Below, in pieces: positions 1-9,111 of a stretch of DNA of 64,000 nucleotides (the first letter of the stretch is position 1; the number at the start of each line of letters is the position of its first letter). The translations under genes were made by a program, and so were the position numbers. The notes under the pieces are model-generated. The model saw only the letters and a program-made list of their open reading frames with translations. It was not told the origin of the DNA and made no database searches. Location of the stretch: NCBI GenBank assembly GCA_937936615.1, contig CALDDN010000038.1, forward strand, positions 7,226 to 71,225, written 5' to 3'. The DNA comes from an uncultured Bacteroidia bacterium (GTDB taxonomy: Bacteria > Bacteroidota > Bacteroidia > J057 > CALDDN01).

Positions 1-741
1 ACGGGCCTCGGCACTCAGGCGGGCATGGGCATTGAGACGGGCCGAGAAGAGTAAGCCTTCGAGCAGGGGCAGGTCCTGCACGTCGGCCAGAAGCCGCTTC
101 GTCAGTTCCATGGCACCGCTGGAATTCTGGAGGATCAGCTCGCTGCATAACGTATCGAGCGCATCTTCGATGCCATCGGCAGGTGCGATGCGCGAAACCA
201 GTCCCATGCGCTGGCCCTCTTCGGGGCCTATGGCCTCGCCCGTCAGAAAAAGGCGGCGAGCCGCCCCGTTGCCCACCTTCCGCGTAACAAACGCCAGCAT
301 GGGGGCGGGAATCTGACCGAAGCGAACTTCGTTGAAGGCGATCTGCACGGTCTCGGCACAGAGTACCAGATCGGAAACGGCCAGCAGCCCCGCTCCAGCA
401 CCGTAGGCGTTGCCCTCGACGACGGCTACGACGACTTTCCGCATCTTGAAGAGCTGTTCGTAAAGCTCGATCAGGTGGTTGGTATCCTGAAGCTGGGCAT
501 CAAAGTCGTAGGCTTGCAGTCTGTGGAGGTAAGCCAGGTCGAGGCCGGCACAGAAGACCGGTCCTTCGGCTCGCAGCACAATGATTTTAACTTCCTCGTC
601 CCGCTCAGCCTGGGTGAGAGCGGCTTTGAGGTCGCGTATGAGAATGTAGTCGAGGGCGTTACGCTTCTCGGGGCGTGCCAGCGTCAGGACGGCGCGGCGT
701 GTGAGCCGCTGGTAGGCCAGGGTTTCGTAGACCGGATTCAT
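1..741 (-). CDS. enoyl-CoA hydratase/isomerase (crotonase) family protein; 3' end runs off the window
   Basis: Absent from the ORF track because it has no in-window stop. My reverse-strand translation from the ATG (cat at 739-741) reads MNPVYETLAYQRLTRRAVLTLARPEKRNALD...PVFCAGLDL...VVEGNAYGAGAGLLAVSD...FNEVRFGQIP, a crotonase-fold pattern. The frame stays open down to base 1. Confidence 0.8.
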   Translation of the reverse strand, partial: MNPVYETLAYQRLTRRAVLTLARPEKRNALDYILIRDLKAALTQAERDEEVKIIVLRAEGPVFCAGLDLAYLHRLQAYDFDAQLQDTNHLIELYEQLFKMRKVVVAVVEGNAYGAGAGLLAVSDLVLCAETVQIAFNEVRFGQIPAPMLAFVTRKVGNGAARRLFLTGEAIGPEEGQRMGLVSRIAPADGIEDALDTLCSELILQNSSGAMELTKRLLADVQDLPLLEGLLFSARLNAHARLSAEAR

Positions 742-747
742 GGGCCA

Positions 748-1773
748 TCACTTGCCTTTCAGGGCTAGGCCTTCCAGAATTTTGGCCGAATCCTCGGGGT
801 AGTTCTGTATGGCAGCGTTTTTCTGCGCTTCGCGGCTGGCTTCAAGGGCGGCCTCGTATTTTTTATCGCGCAGCAGCAGGGCCGCTTTGGTGTCGTAGTA
901 CTCGGCGCGGTTGCCCTGTCGAATCAGGGCATTGATCCACTGCATGGGTTCGGCGGGGATGTCGTCAAGGTCGGCCGTGATGAACTGGACGGCGCACCAG
1001 TGCAGCAGAGGTGGTTCGAGCTGCCGGCTTTCAAAGCGCGGGTGTACCAGCCGAATGAAGCCTGTATAGTCGCGTGCTCCCAGCGCATAGGCCGCGTCGA
1101 TGAGCCAGAGCTGCTCGCCCAAGCCGTTCTGGCGGGCGCGGGCCACCACGCCATCGAGCAGCAGGTCTTCTTTGCGGCCACCCAGCTGACGGGCCTCGGC
1201 TACCAGCGCAATCAGGCTATCGGACTTGAAAGCCTGGGGTTCGGTGATCTGGCGGCTGTAGTCGGTTTTGATTTTGACGTAATCCTCGAACTTGAAGTGG
1301 CCTACAGCCCCTGACTTTTTGTCATCTTTCTTGCTTTTGCGCAAGGAGCTGCCTTCGGCATACTTGTTCAGTTCCTGCAGGAAGGCCTCAGGCGGACGAT
1401 AGCCCGTGAACCGGCCGATTTCTTCGGCTTTGGCATTGAAAAATACGATAGTGGGTAGAACCTGAATCTGGTACTTGGCCGCAATCATTTTGTTTTCTGC
1501 CTGATCTACGTCCATTTTATAGGCCAAAAAATGCTGATTGGCAAACTCGCCCACCCGTTCGTCGCGGAAGGTCGTGGCGTTGAGCATCTTGCAGGGGCCG
1601 CACCACGTAGCCCAGAAGTCGATGAAAAAAGGCTTGTTCTGCTTTTTGGCTTCACGCATCAGCTCGTCCCAGCTGCCTTTATAAAACTTGATGCCTTTGT
1701 CGTCGCTTGCAGCAAGGGCCAGGCTTTGAATGCCGATCCAGGCCAAAATCGAAATCAATATCAACTTTTTCAT
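748..1773 (-). CDS. secreted thioredoxin-fold protein with a C-terminal helical extension
   Basis: Has the WATWCGPCK redox motif. The internal ATG (cat at 1771-1773) gives the signal peptide MKKLILISILAWIGIQSLALAAS, so I prefer it to the track start at 1803. It lies 6 nt upstream of the crotonase gene on the same strand. Confidence 0.75.
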   Translation of the reverse strand: MKKLILISILAWIGIQSLALAASDDKGIKFYKGSWDELMREAKKQNKPFFIDFWATWCGPCKMLNATTFRDERVGEFANQHFLAYKMDVDQAENKMIAAKYQIQVLPTIVFFNAKAEEIGRFTGYRPPEAFLQELNKYAEGSSLRKSKKDDKKSGAVGHFKFEDYVKIKTDYSRQITEPQAFKSDSLIALVAEARQLGGRKEDLLLDGVVARARQNGLGEQLWLIDAAYALGARDYTGFIRLVHPRFESRQLEPPLLHWCAVQFITADLDDIPAEPMQWINALIRQGNRAEYYDTKAALLLRDKKYEAALEASREAQKNAAIQNYPEDSAKILEGLALKGK

Positions 1774-1870
1774 CGGAAACAACTTGGCGCAATTGCTGTT
1801 CAAAAGTTCGGAATTTGGAAAACAAAATCAAACCCAAGGTGAAGCGGAAAGCAAAAAACGGGCCGAATGC

Positions 1871-2509
1871 TCAGAGCTCTATCCGCTCCAGCACGCGGGC
1901 CAAGTGGTCGATAACGACCTCGACGGCTTTGTCGATGGCGTGATTCGAAGGGATGACCAGGTCGGCCTGATGTTTGAAAGGCTCGATAAACTGCCGGTAC
2001 ATGGGCATGACAAACTGCTGGTACATTTCCATGACCTCCTCGATGGGATAGCCGCGGTCGCTGACGTCGCGGCGGATGCGGCGAATGAGCTTGATATGCT
2101 CCTCGGCATCGACAAAGATGCGCAGATCGAATAGGTGTTCCGCTTCCGGTACATAGAACACAAAGAGGCCCTCGACGATGAGAATGGGGGCCGGTTCGTA
2201 GCGGATCAGGTTGGGGCTGCTGCCCTGGGGGTTGTTGTGGAAGTATTCGCGTATTTCGACGGCCTGTCCCTGCAGCAGGGCATCAAGGTGCTCGCGAAAC
2301 AGGCCCATGTTCATGGCACTGGGGTGATCGAAATTGACCTGACCCTGGGCATCGCGGGGCTGGTCGGCCAGATCGTAGTAGTAATTGTCGAGGGAGATAA
2401 TGGTCAGCTCCTTGCTGCCGAAGCGGTCGCCCAATTGCTTGAGCACATGCGTTTTACCCGAGGCACTGCCTCCGGTGATGCCGACGAGATAACTGCTGCT
2501 GTTTTTCAT
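1871..2509 (-). CDS. udk: uridine kinase
   Basis: 212 aa with the P-loop GITGGSASGKTHV and an overall uridine/cytidine kinase pattern (DNYY..., IVEGLF...). Confidence 0.9.
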   Translation of the reverse strand: MKNSSSYLVGITGGSASGKTHVLKQLGDRFGSKELTIISLDNYYYDLADQPRDAQGQVNFDHPSAMNMGLFREHLDALLQGQAVEIREYFHNNPQGSSPNLIRYEPAPILIVEGLFVFYVPEAEHLFDLRIFVDAEEHIKLIRRIRRDVSDRGYPIEEVMEMYQQFVMPMYRQFIEPFKHQADLVIPSNHAIDKAVEVVIDHLARVLERIEL

Positions 2510-2559
2510 GCCGAGACGGCTGGCATTGGTCTGGACTGAATCGGGTTACTGCAATTTGG

Positions 2560-2592
2560 CTGGTTGGCCGCGCCGTCGGGCCGGCCAACCAG
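2560..2592. other. GC-rich 11-bp-stem hairpin between rdgB and udk
   Basis: ctggttggccg (2560-2570) is the exact reverse complement of cggccaaccag (2582-2592), with an 11-nt loop. No U-tract follows on either strand. Confidence 0.4.
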
Positions 2593-2630
2593 TCTCCAAA
2601 GAAAGCGAATGCTTACCAATCGGTATACCT

Positions 2631-3215
2631 TCAGGGTTTGAGCTGGGCCAGTAGTTCGGGCAGGCGGGCTACGGCGCGTGCGCGGTGCGAGATGCGGTTT
2701 TTTTCTTCGGGGGTGAGTTCAGCCAGTGTGCGCGACTCGTCCACGGGTACAAAGATGGGGTCGTAGCCGAAGCCGCCCTGTCCACGGGGGGCGTGTGCGA
2801 TGGTGCCCTCCAGCACCCCTTCGATCCAGCGGGTGGGCTGGCCAGCCACTGCCAGTGCCACCACCGTCCGAAAGCGGGCACGGCGGTTGGCCTGGCCGTT
2901 CAGTTCGGTCAGCAGGCGGGCCATGTTCGCAGTGGCATCGGCCTGCGGGCCGGCGTAACGGGCCGTGTGCACGCCCGGTGCCCCGCCCAAGGCTTCGACT
3001 TCGAGTCCCGTATCGTCGGCGAAGCAGGGCAGGTCCGTGGCTCGGGCATAGGCTTCGGCTTTGAGGCAGGCATTGGCCGCCAGATCGGCACCTGTTTCCT
3101 CGACTTCTTGCAGGTCGGGAAATTCGCCGCACCAGCTTAGCTGCCAGTCCGAGCCGAGGATGGCCCGCATTTCGTTGGCTTTGTGGGGATTGAAGCTGCC
3201 AAAAAGTAGATGCAT
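2631..3215 (-). CDS. rdgB: non-canonical purine NTP pyrophosphatase (RdgB/HAM1 family)
   Basis: 194 aa. Matches the family pattern: FGSFNPHKANEM..., FADDTGLEVEALGGAPGVHTARYAG, GFGYDPIF, ...KNRISHRARA. Confidence 0.85.
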   Translation of the reverse strand: MHLLFGSFNPHKANEMRAILGSDWQLSWCGEFPDLQEVEETGADLAANACLKAEAYARATDLPCFADDTGLEVEALGGAPGVHTARYAGPQADATANMARLLTELNGQANRRARFRTVVALAVAGQPTRWIEGVLEGTIAHAPRGQGGFGYDPIFVPVDESRTLAELTPEEKNRISHRARAVARLPELLAQLKP

Positions 3216-3503
3216 GAGTACCCGGGTATTTTGTTCAAAACTAAACTATTGTGAATAGTTGATGCATGCGTCCTTGTTCCAGATCGGATTGCTGAGGATT
3301 GGAGCCTTTTTAACCTCGTGTTCGAAAACAGGGATGAAATGCTGACTTGTTCTGGTCTGCACGACCGCTTTTTCGGCAGCTCTGCAGCCGGAATGGATGT
3401 GTAAAGCCAATCCAGGAGGGTATCTGGCAGCTTCCGAGTGCAGGCGGGGGCGCGGTGGAAAGTTCGCCCCCCGGTCTGGATTGAACCTGTGTAAGTTTGC
3501 GGC

Positions 3504-5153
3504 ATGGTACGGCCGACGAAATACCTCTTTATTACCGGCGGGGTGGTCTCTTCTTTGGGTAAAGGCATCGTGGCGGCTTCGCTGGCCCGGCTGCTGCAGT
3601 CGCGGGGATTCCGCGTTACGATCCAGAAGTTTGACCCCTACATCAACCTCGATCCGGGCACGCTCAACCCTTATGAGCATGGGGAAGTTTACGTAACAGA
3701 GGACGGTGCCGAGACCGACCTCGACCTGGGTCATTACGAACGTTTCCTCGACCAGCCTACCTCCCAGGCCAACAACGTTACGACGGGTCGGGTCTACGAA
3801 ACGGTCATCCGTCGCGAGCGCATGGGGGAATACGGTGGTCGCACCGTGCAGGTGGTGCCCCACATCACCGACGAGATCAAACGGCGCATTTGCCTGCTGG
3901 GTGAGACGGGCAACTACGATATCGTGCTGACTGAAATCGGCGGCACGGTAGGCGACATCGAGTCGCTGCCCTTCATCGAGGCGGCCCGGCAGCTGCACTA
4001 CGAGCGGGGGCGGGGCGAATCGCTGTTCATTCACCTGACCCTGCTGCCTTACATTACCGTTACGGGTGAATTGAAGACCAAGCCCACCCAGCACTCGGTC
4101 AAGCAGTTGCTGGAACTGGGCGTACAGCCCGATATTCTGGTCTGTCGCACCGAGCACCGGCTCAGCAGTGAAATCAAATCGAAGATCGCCCTCTTCTGTA
4201 ACGTACCGGTCGATTCGGTGATCGAGGCACGCGATGCCGAGACCATCTACGATGTGCCCCTCAAGCTCATGCGTGAGGGGCTGGATGAGGCCGTGCTGCG
4301 CCGCCTGGGACTGGCACCGACTCCGGAGCCGGACATGGATGCCTGGCGCGATTTCCTCAAGCGGCTGAAAAATCCCCTCGATGAGGTCAACGTCGGTTTG
4401 GTGGGCAAGTATGTCGAGCTGCCCGATGCCTATAAATCGATTCTGGAGTCTTTCGTTCATGCCGCCGCTGCCAACGAGGCCAAGGTCAACGTAACGCTGA
4501 TCCACTCCGAGGATGTGCAAGAAGAGAACGTCGAACGGTACCTGGCTCCCTTGGATGGCGTGGTGGTGGCCCCGGGCTTTGGCAAACGCGGAGTGCAGGG
4601 TAAGCTGATAGCCATTCAATACTGCCGTACGCGCCGCCTGCCTTTTCTGGGGATTTGTCTGGGTATGCAGATGGCCTGTATCGAATTTGGCCGCAACGTC
4701 CTGGGGCTGAGCCGCTGCAACAGCACCGAGTTCGATGCGAGCACACCCGATCCCGTCATCAGCCTGATGGAAGACCAATTGGAGGTAACGCAGATTGGGG
4801 GCACGCTGCGCCTCGGTAACTGGACTTGCGACATCCGTTCGGGCACTCTGGCCGAGCGCATATATGGAACCAGCCGTGTTGTCGAACGGCACCGCCACCG
4901 CTACGAGTTCAACAACCGTTATCGCGAAACCTTCGAGGCGGCCGGGCTGGTACTCAGCGGTATCAACCCCGATAACAACTTGGTCGAGATCGTCGAACTG
5001 CCAGGCCACCCCTTTTTCATCGCTACACAGTATCACCCCGAGTACCGGAGTACGGTCATGCGCCCTCATCCGCTTTTTGTGGCCTTTGTAGCGGCGATGA
5101 TTCGGCACCGGCGGCATCAGGAAGCGCAACAATCGGGCGACGATTCGCGTTAA
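3504..5153 (+). CDS. pyrG: CTP synthase
   Basis: 549 aa. N-terminus KYLFITGGVVSSLGKGI, followed by a C-terminal glutamine amidotransferase domain (GICLGMQ, HRHRYEFN). Confidence 0.97.
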   Translation: MVRPTKYLFITGGVVSSLGKGIVAASLARLLQSRGFRVTIQKFDPYINLDPGTLNPYEHGEVYVTEDGAETDLDLGHYERFLDQPTSQANNVTTGRVYETVIRRERMGEYGGRTVQVVPHITDEIKRRICLLGETGNYDIVLTEIGGTVGDIESLPFIEAARQLHYERGRGESLFIHLTLLPYITVTGELKTKPTQHSVKQLLELGVQPDILVCRTEHRLSSEIKSKIALFCNVPVDSVIEARDAETIYDVPLKLMREGLDEAVLRRLGLAPTPEPDMDAWRDFLKRLKNPLDEVNVGLVGKYVELPDAYKSILESFVHAAAANEAKVNVTLIHSEDVQEENVERYLAPLDGVVVAPGFGKRGVQGKLIAIQYCRTRRLPFLGICLGMQMACIEFGRNVLGLSRCNSTEFDASTPDPVISLMEDQLEVTQIGGTLRLGNWTCDIRSGTLAERIYGTSRVVERHRHRYEFNNRYRETFEAAGLVLSGINPDNNLVEIVELPGHPFFIATQYHPEYRSTVMRPHPLFVAFVAAMIRHRRHQEAQQSGDDSR

Positions 5154-5195
5154 AGGCACAATTGAGCTAGTTTTTCAGCAAAAAATCTCATCCTT

Positions 5196-5591
5196 ATGGA
5201 GACCTTACTTCAGAATCCCGATTTAACGCTGCGCGATTACCGGGGCGAACAGCTCGATGCCAACGCATTGCTCGACCGCATCACGCGGCTTGCTTTCTGC
5301 GTAACGGATCGGAACGGCTGCTTCGTCGAGGTCAACGAAGCCTACACCGAGTTTTACGGTTACAGCCGCGAGGAACTGCTTGGCCAGCACTTTACGATGG
5401 TGGTGCCCGAGGCCTTCCGCGCCTATGCCGCCGACATTCACGACCGCTTTATTGCCGGCGAGGTCGAGATGCCCGGCGAATGGGAGGTTCAACGCCGCAA
5501 CGGTGAGGTGGTGCGCATTCACGCCGAAGCCATCCGCATCGAAGGCGAGGGCGGCAACAGCAAGCTGACGGTCATCGAACCGATCCGCTAG
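5196..5591 (+). CDS. stand-alone PAS domain protein
   Basis: 131 aa with a PAS-fold pattern (FCVTDRNGCFVEVNEAYTEFYGYSREELLGQHF...). It has no output domain. Confidence 0.7.
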   Translation: METLLQNPDLTLRDYRGEQLDANALLDRITRLAFCVTDRNGCFVEVNEAYTEFYGYSREELLGQHFTMVVPEAFRAYAADIHDRFIAGEVEMPGEWEVQRRNGEVVRIHAEAIRIEGEGGNSKLTVIEPIR

Positions 5592-5620
5592 CTCTCAATC
5601 CAGTTTTCTGCCATTCGAGT

Positions 5621-5660
5621 GCCGACTGTTTCCTGCCCGGGGGCTGTCGGCTTTTATTTT
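5621..5660 (+). terminator. putative intrinsic terminator after the PAS gene
   Basis: gccgac (5621-5626) pairs with gtcggc (5646-5651) and is followed by ttttatttt. The loop is long, so the hairpin is imperfect. Confidence 0.45.
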
Positions 5661-5837
5661 GGGGTCTGCCGCCGGCACAGATTGACTGGAGTGAAACCTG
5701 ATTTTTTCAATCTGTGTTGAAAATTAGCGATTGCTTCAGTTCGGGCTGGTTTTCGCCTAAATTTGGAGTTCTGCACACCGGCTTTTTGGACTGAAATCCC
5801 CCGATCGTGCACAAACTTTGAGCTTGTTGAATCCCCA

Positions 5838-7922
5838 ATGGATACGAAACAGATTTTGTTTACGCTGTTTGCTGCAGCCGCCTTTGGCTTTTTCGGCTGG
5901 ACGGCCTCGCGCATCTTGCGTCTCTTCCGCCTGACCAAAGGTACCGGCCCCATCGACCGTATCGCCGACCGGGCGATCCTCACGCTGAAGGTGGCCTTCG
6001 GCCAGACCAAGATGTTCCGCCGCCTGACATCGGGCCTCCTGCATGCCCTCGTGTGGTGGGGCTTTCTGGTCATAACCATCGGTACCGTCGAAATGATCAT
6101 CGACGGCATTGCCGGCACCGAGCGCATCCTCGGAGCCACCGGCGGTTTTTACCGATTCGTTACCTGGTCGGGCGATGTATTCGCGGCTGTTATCATCGTT
6201 TCGTGCATCATATTTCTGGCTCGGCGGTATATCGTGAAGCCCTCGCGGTTTACGGCCCGCGAGATGAAACCCAAATCGAAACAAGATGCCACATTCATAT
6301 TGTCGATGATTCTGCTGCTCATGTTCTCGCTCATCGGCCTGAACATGGGCTATGTGTCCCTCAAGGCGGGTACGCCCCACTTTGTGGGCAGCTACCCCAT
6401 TTCGTCGGCACTTTCAGGATTGATTGATGGCCTGAGCGAGAGCAGCCTCCACACCTTCGAACAGACCAACTGGTGGATTCACATTGTGCTGGTGCTGGTC
6501 TTTCTCAATATCCTGCCCTACTCGAAACACTTCCACGTCATTATGGCGGTGCCCAATGTTTTTTTTAGTCGCCTGACACCGCCCGGCAAGCTGCCCAATA
6601 TGGACAGCGTAACCCAGGAAGTCAGGCTCATGCTCGACCCCTCGGCCCCGACACCCGCTGGCGACGATCCCCCCGCCCGCTTCGGCATCAAGGATGTGAA
6701 CGACATCACGTGGAAACACTTGATGGACTCCTATACCTGCACCGAGTGCGGCCGCTGCACGGCATCGTGCCCGGCCAACATCACGGGCAAACTCCTCTCG
6801 CCCCGCAAGCTCTACATCGACCTGCGGGCACGCATGACCGAAAAAGGTCCCCATATGGCTCAGGACCCCAACTACGACGACGGCAAAGCCCTGGTTGGCG
6901 ACTACATCACCGAAGAGGAACTCTGGGCCTGCACGACCTGCGGGGCCTGCGTGCAGGAATGCCCCGTCGATATTGACCACGTGCCCTTTATCGTCGATAT
7001 GCGCCGCTACTTGGTCATGGAGGAATCGAAGGCCCCCGATGCGCTGAACAACATGTTCGTCAACATCGAGAACAACGGGGCACCTTGGGCCATGCCGGCA
7101 ACTGCCCGCTTCGACTGGGCCGAGGGCCTGAACATCCCTACGGTGGCCGACCTGGTGGCTCAGGGGCAGTCGCCCGACGTACTCTTCTGGGTGGGCTGTG
7201 CGGGCAGCTTCGACGACCGCGCCAAGCGCGTTACCCGCTCGTTCGCGCAGATTCTGCAGGCAGCCCATATCCGCTTTGCTGTGCTGGGGCTGGAGGAAAG
7301 CTGCACGGGCGATCCCGCCCGCCGCGCCGGCAACGAATTTCTCTTCCAGATGCAGGCCCTCAACAACATCGAGGTGCTCAATGGCTATGAAATCAAGAAG
7401 ATCGTAACGGCCTGCCCGCACTGCTTCAACACGCTGAAAAACGAATACCCCGACCTGGGCGGCCACTACGAAGTGATCCACCACTCGACCTTCCTGCAGC
7501 AGCTCATCGATGCGGGCAAGGTACGCCTGACCGATGGCCAAGCCTTCAAGGGCAGGAAAATTACTTTTCACGATTCCTGTTACCTGGGGCGGGCCAACGA
7601 CATTTACGAAGCCCCGCGGGCCGTGCTTGAAAACCTCGATGCCGACCTCGTGGAAATGAAACGCTGCAAGAGCAAGGGACTGTGCTGCGGTGCGGGCGGT
7701 GCGCAGATGTTCAAGGACGCCGAACCGGGCAACAAGGAGGTCAACATCGAGCGCACGGAAGAAGCCCTGGGCACAGGGGCCGAAATCATCGCGGCAGCCT
7801 GCCCCTTCTGCATGACCATGATGAGCGACGGCGTGAAGCACTTCGAGCAGGAGGAAAAAGTAAAAGTATTCGATCTGGCCGAACTAATCGCCCAGGCAAC
7901 CCTGCCCACCAACGGGAAATAA
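5838..7922 (+). CDS. membrane-anchored (Fe-S)-binding oxidoreductase (HdrD/GlpC-like, with CCG domains)
   Basis: Two ferredoxin-type motifs (CTECGRCTASCP, CTTCGACVQECP) are followed by Cys-rich CCG-like segments (CPHCFNTL, CCGAGG, CPFCMTMM). The N-terminal ~270 aa are hydrophobic helices. I prefer the start at ATG 5838 (MDTKQILFTLFAAAAFGFF). Confidence 0.8.
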   Translation: MDTKQILFTLFAAAAFGFFGWTASRILRLFRLTKGTGPIDRIADRAILTLKVAFGQTKMFRRLTSGLLHALVWWGFLVITIGTVEMIIDGIAGTERILGATGGFYRFVTWSGDVFAAVIIVSCIIFLARRYIVKPSRFTAREMKPKSKQDATFILSMILLLMFSLIGLNMGYVSLKAGTPHFVGSYPISSALSGLIDGLSESSLHTFEQTNWWIHIVLVLVFLNILPYSKHFHVIMAVPNVFFSRLTPPGKLPNMDSVTQEVRLMLDPSAPTPAGDDPPARFGIKDVNDITWKHLMDSYTCTECGRCTASCPANITGKLLSPRKLYIDLRARMTEKGPHMAQDPNYDDGKALVGDYITEEELWACTTCGACVQECPVDIDHVPFIVDMRRYLVMEESKAPDALNNMFVNIENNGAPWAMPATARFDWAEGLNIPTVADLVAQGQSPDVLFWVGCAGSFDDRAKRVTRSFAQILQAAHIRFAVLGLEESCTGDPARRAGNEFLFQMQALNNIEVLNGYEIKKIVTACPHCFNTLKNEYPDLGGHYEVIHHSTFLQQLIDAGKVRLTDGQAFKGRKITFHDSCYLGRANDIYEAPRAVLENLDADLVEMKRCKSKGLCCGAGGAQMFKDAEPGNKEVNIERTEEALGTGAEIIAAACPFCMTMMSDGVKHFEQEEKVKVFDLAELIAQATLPTNGK

Positions 7923-7923
7923 G

Positions 7924-8775
7924 TTGGCCGTGGCCTATCAGCTCCATACCGGCGACTGCCTCCAGGTCCTGCAACAGCTGCCCGAGGCGTGCATTGACCT
8001 GATTTTTACCTCGCCACCCTATGCCGACCAGCGGTCGAAAACGTACGGCGGGATCCGGCCTGCTGACTATGTGGACTGGTTCATGCCCCGCGCTGCCCAG
8101 TTTCAGCGCGTACTCAAGCCCGAGGGGACTTTTGTTCTCAACATCAAAGAAAAAGTCGTGGCTGGCGAGCGCAGCACCTACGTGCTGGAGCTGATTCTGG
8201 AACTGCGCCGCCAGGGCTGGCTCTGGACCGAGGAGTTTATCTGGCATAAAAAGAACTGCTATCCCGGTAAATGGCCCAACCGCTTTCGCGATGCCTGGGA
8301 GCGGCTTCTGCAATTCAACAGGTCGCGGCAGTTCAAGATGTATCAGGAAAACGTGATGGTGCCTACGGGCGACTGGTGCAAAGCCCGACTGCGTCGGCTT
8401 TCGGAAACCGACCGAATGCGGGACGAGTCGAAAGTGGGGAGTGGATTTGGCAAGAATATCTCGAACTGGGTGGGGCGCAGCTTGGCTTACCCCACCAATG
8501 TGCTGCATCTGGCTACCGAATGTGCCAACCGCCGGCACAGCGCGGCTTTCCCCGAGACTCTCCCCGAGTGGTTCATCCGCCTCTTTACAAGAGCCAATGA
8601 CTGGGTGCTCGACCCCTTCATGGGTTCGGGAACGACGCTGGTCGCTGCCGAGAAACTGAAACGCAATGCCGTGGGCATCGATATTGTGCCCGAGTATGTC
8701 GCCATTGCCCGTGGCCAGCTTCAGGCTTACGACGAAGTCTCCGCAGCCGACTATCCCCGCAGCATGGGTTTCTGA
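7924..8775 (+). CDS. site-specific DNA methyltransferase, beta-class (N6-adenine or N4-cytosine)
   Basis: The catalytic motif IV, DLIFTSPPY, is near the N-terminus and the SAM motif I, LDPFMGSGTT, is near the C-terminus, which is the beta-class order. The start must be TTG 7924 or GTG 7930, 1-7 nt after the upstream stop. Confidence 0.85.
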   Translation: MAVAYQLHTGDCLQVLQQLPEACIDLIFTSPPYADQRSKTYGGIRPADYVDWFMPRAAQFQRVLKPEGTFVLNIKEKVVAGERSTYVLELILELRRQGWLWTEEFIWHKKNCYPGKWPNRFRDAWERLLQFNRSRQFKMYQENVMVPTGDWCKARLRRLSETDRMRDESKVGSGFGKNISNWVGRSLAYPTNVLHLATECANRRHSAAFPETLPEWFIRLFTRANDWVLDPFMGSGTTLVAAEKLKRNAVGIDIVPEYVAIARGQLQAYDEVSAADYPRSMGF

Positions 8776-9111
8776 GTGACAGGACACTGGATGATTCTCA
8801 CAGTTTTTTGAGCGCATCGGGGCATTCGGTTTCGCTGTTCTCGCACCTGCGCCCTTCGGTCTGATTTCCACAAGGACTTTCCGCTTATCTGGTCGATGCC
8901 CGCCCATAGGATGTGAAATGCAGGGTCGAAGAACGGGTCGAACGGTTGCTGAACAATGCGCACGGTTCAAACTAAATCGCTCGATTTTCCGTTTTAAGCG
9001 TGTTTCAACACCAAAGTCTAGGTTCAGCATTGCGACTCCTTGATTAGCTTTGATGGGCCAAAAGCTCAGTTTTCGATCCCAAAACCTGGGGCCGCAGCCA
9101 CGGCCCGCCCT

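Noticed and set aside
32-316. 94-aa plus-strand ORF at the window start.
   Set aside because: Its composition is Arg/Ser/Ala-rich. It lies antisense to a convincing crotonase-family reading frame that is open on the minus strand from 741 to 1.
3246-5159. 637-aa minus-strand ORF.
   Set aside because: It is an exact antisense shadow of pyrG, with no recognisable motifs. This is typical of GC-rich genes.
7924-8775. The idea that the beta-class MTase is the modification component of the helicase/SNF2 cassette, which would make a full DISARM-like system.
   Set aside because: It is ~16 kb (about 16.3 kb) away, separated by efflux, carotenoid and other unrelated operons. It is also small and beta-class, unlike the large DrmMI-type enzymes. 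Nothing in the sequence links them.
6414-9030. Long minus-strand ORFs of 475 aa (6414-7841) and 414 aa (7786-9030).
   Set aside because: They lie antisense to the Fe-S oxidoreductase and the methyltransferase. Both are Arg/Gly/Ala/His-rich low-information sequences, while the plus-strand genes carry clear catalytic motifs.
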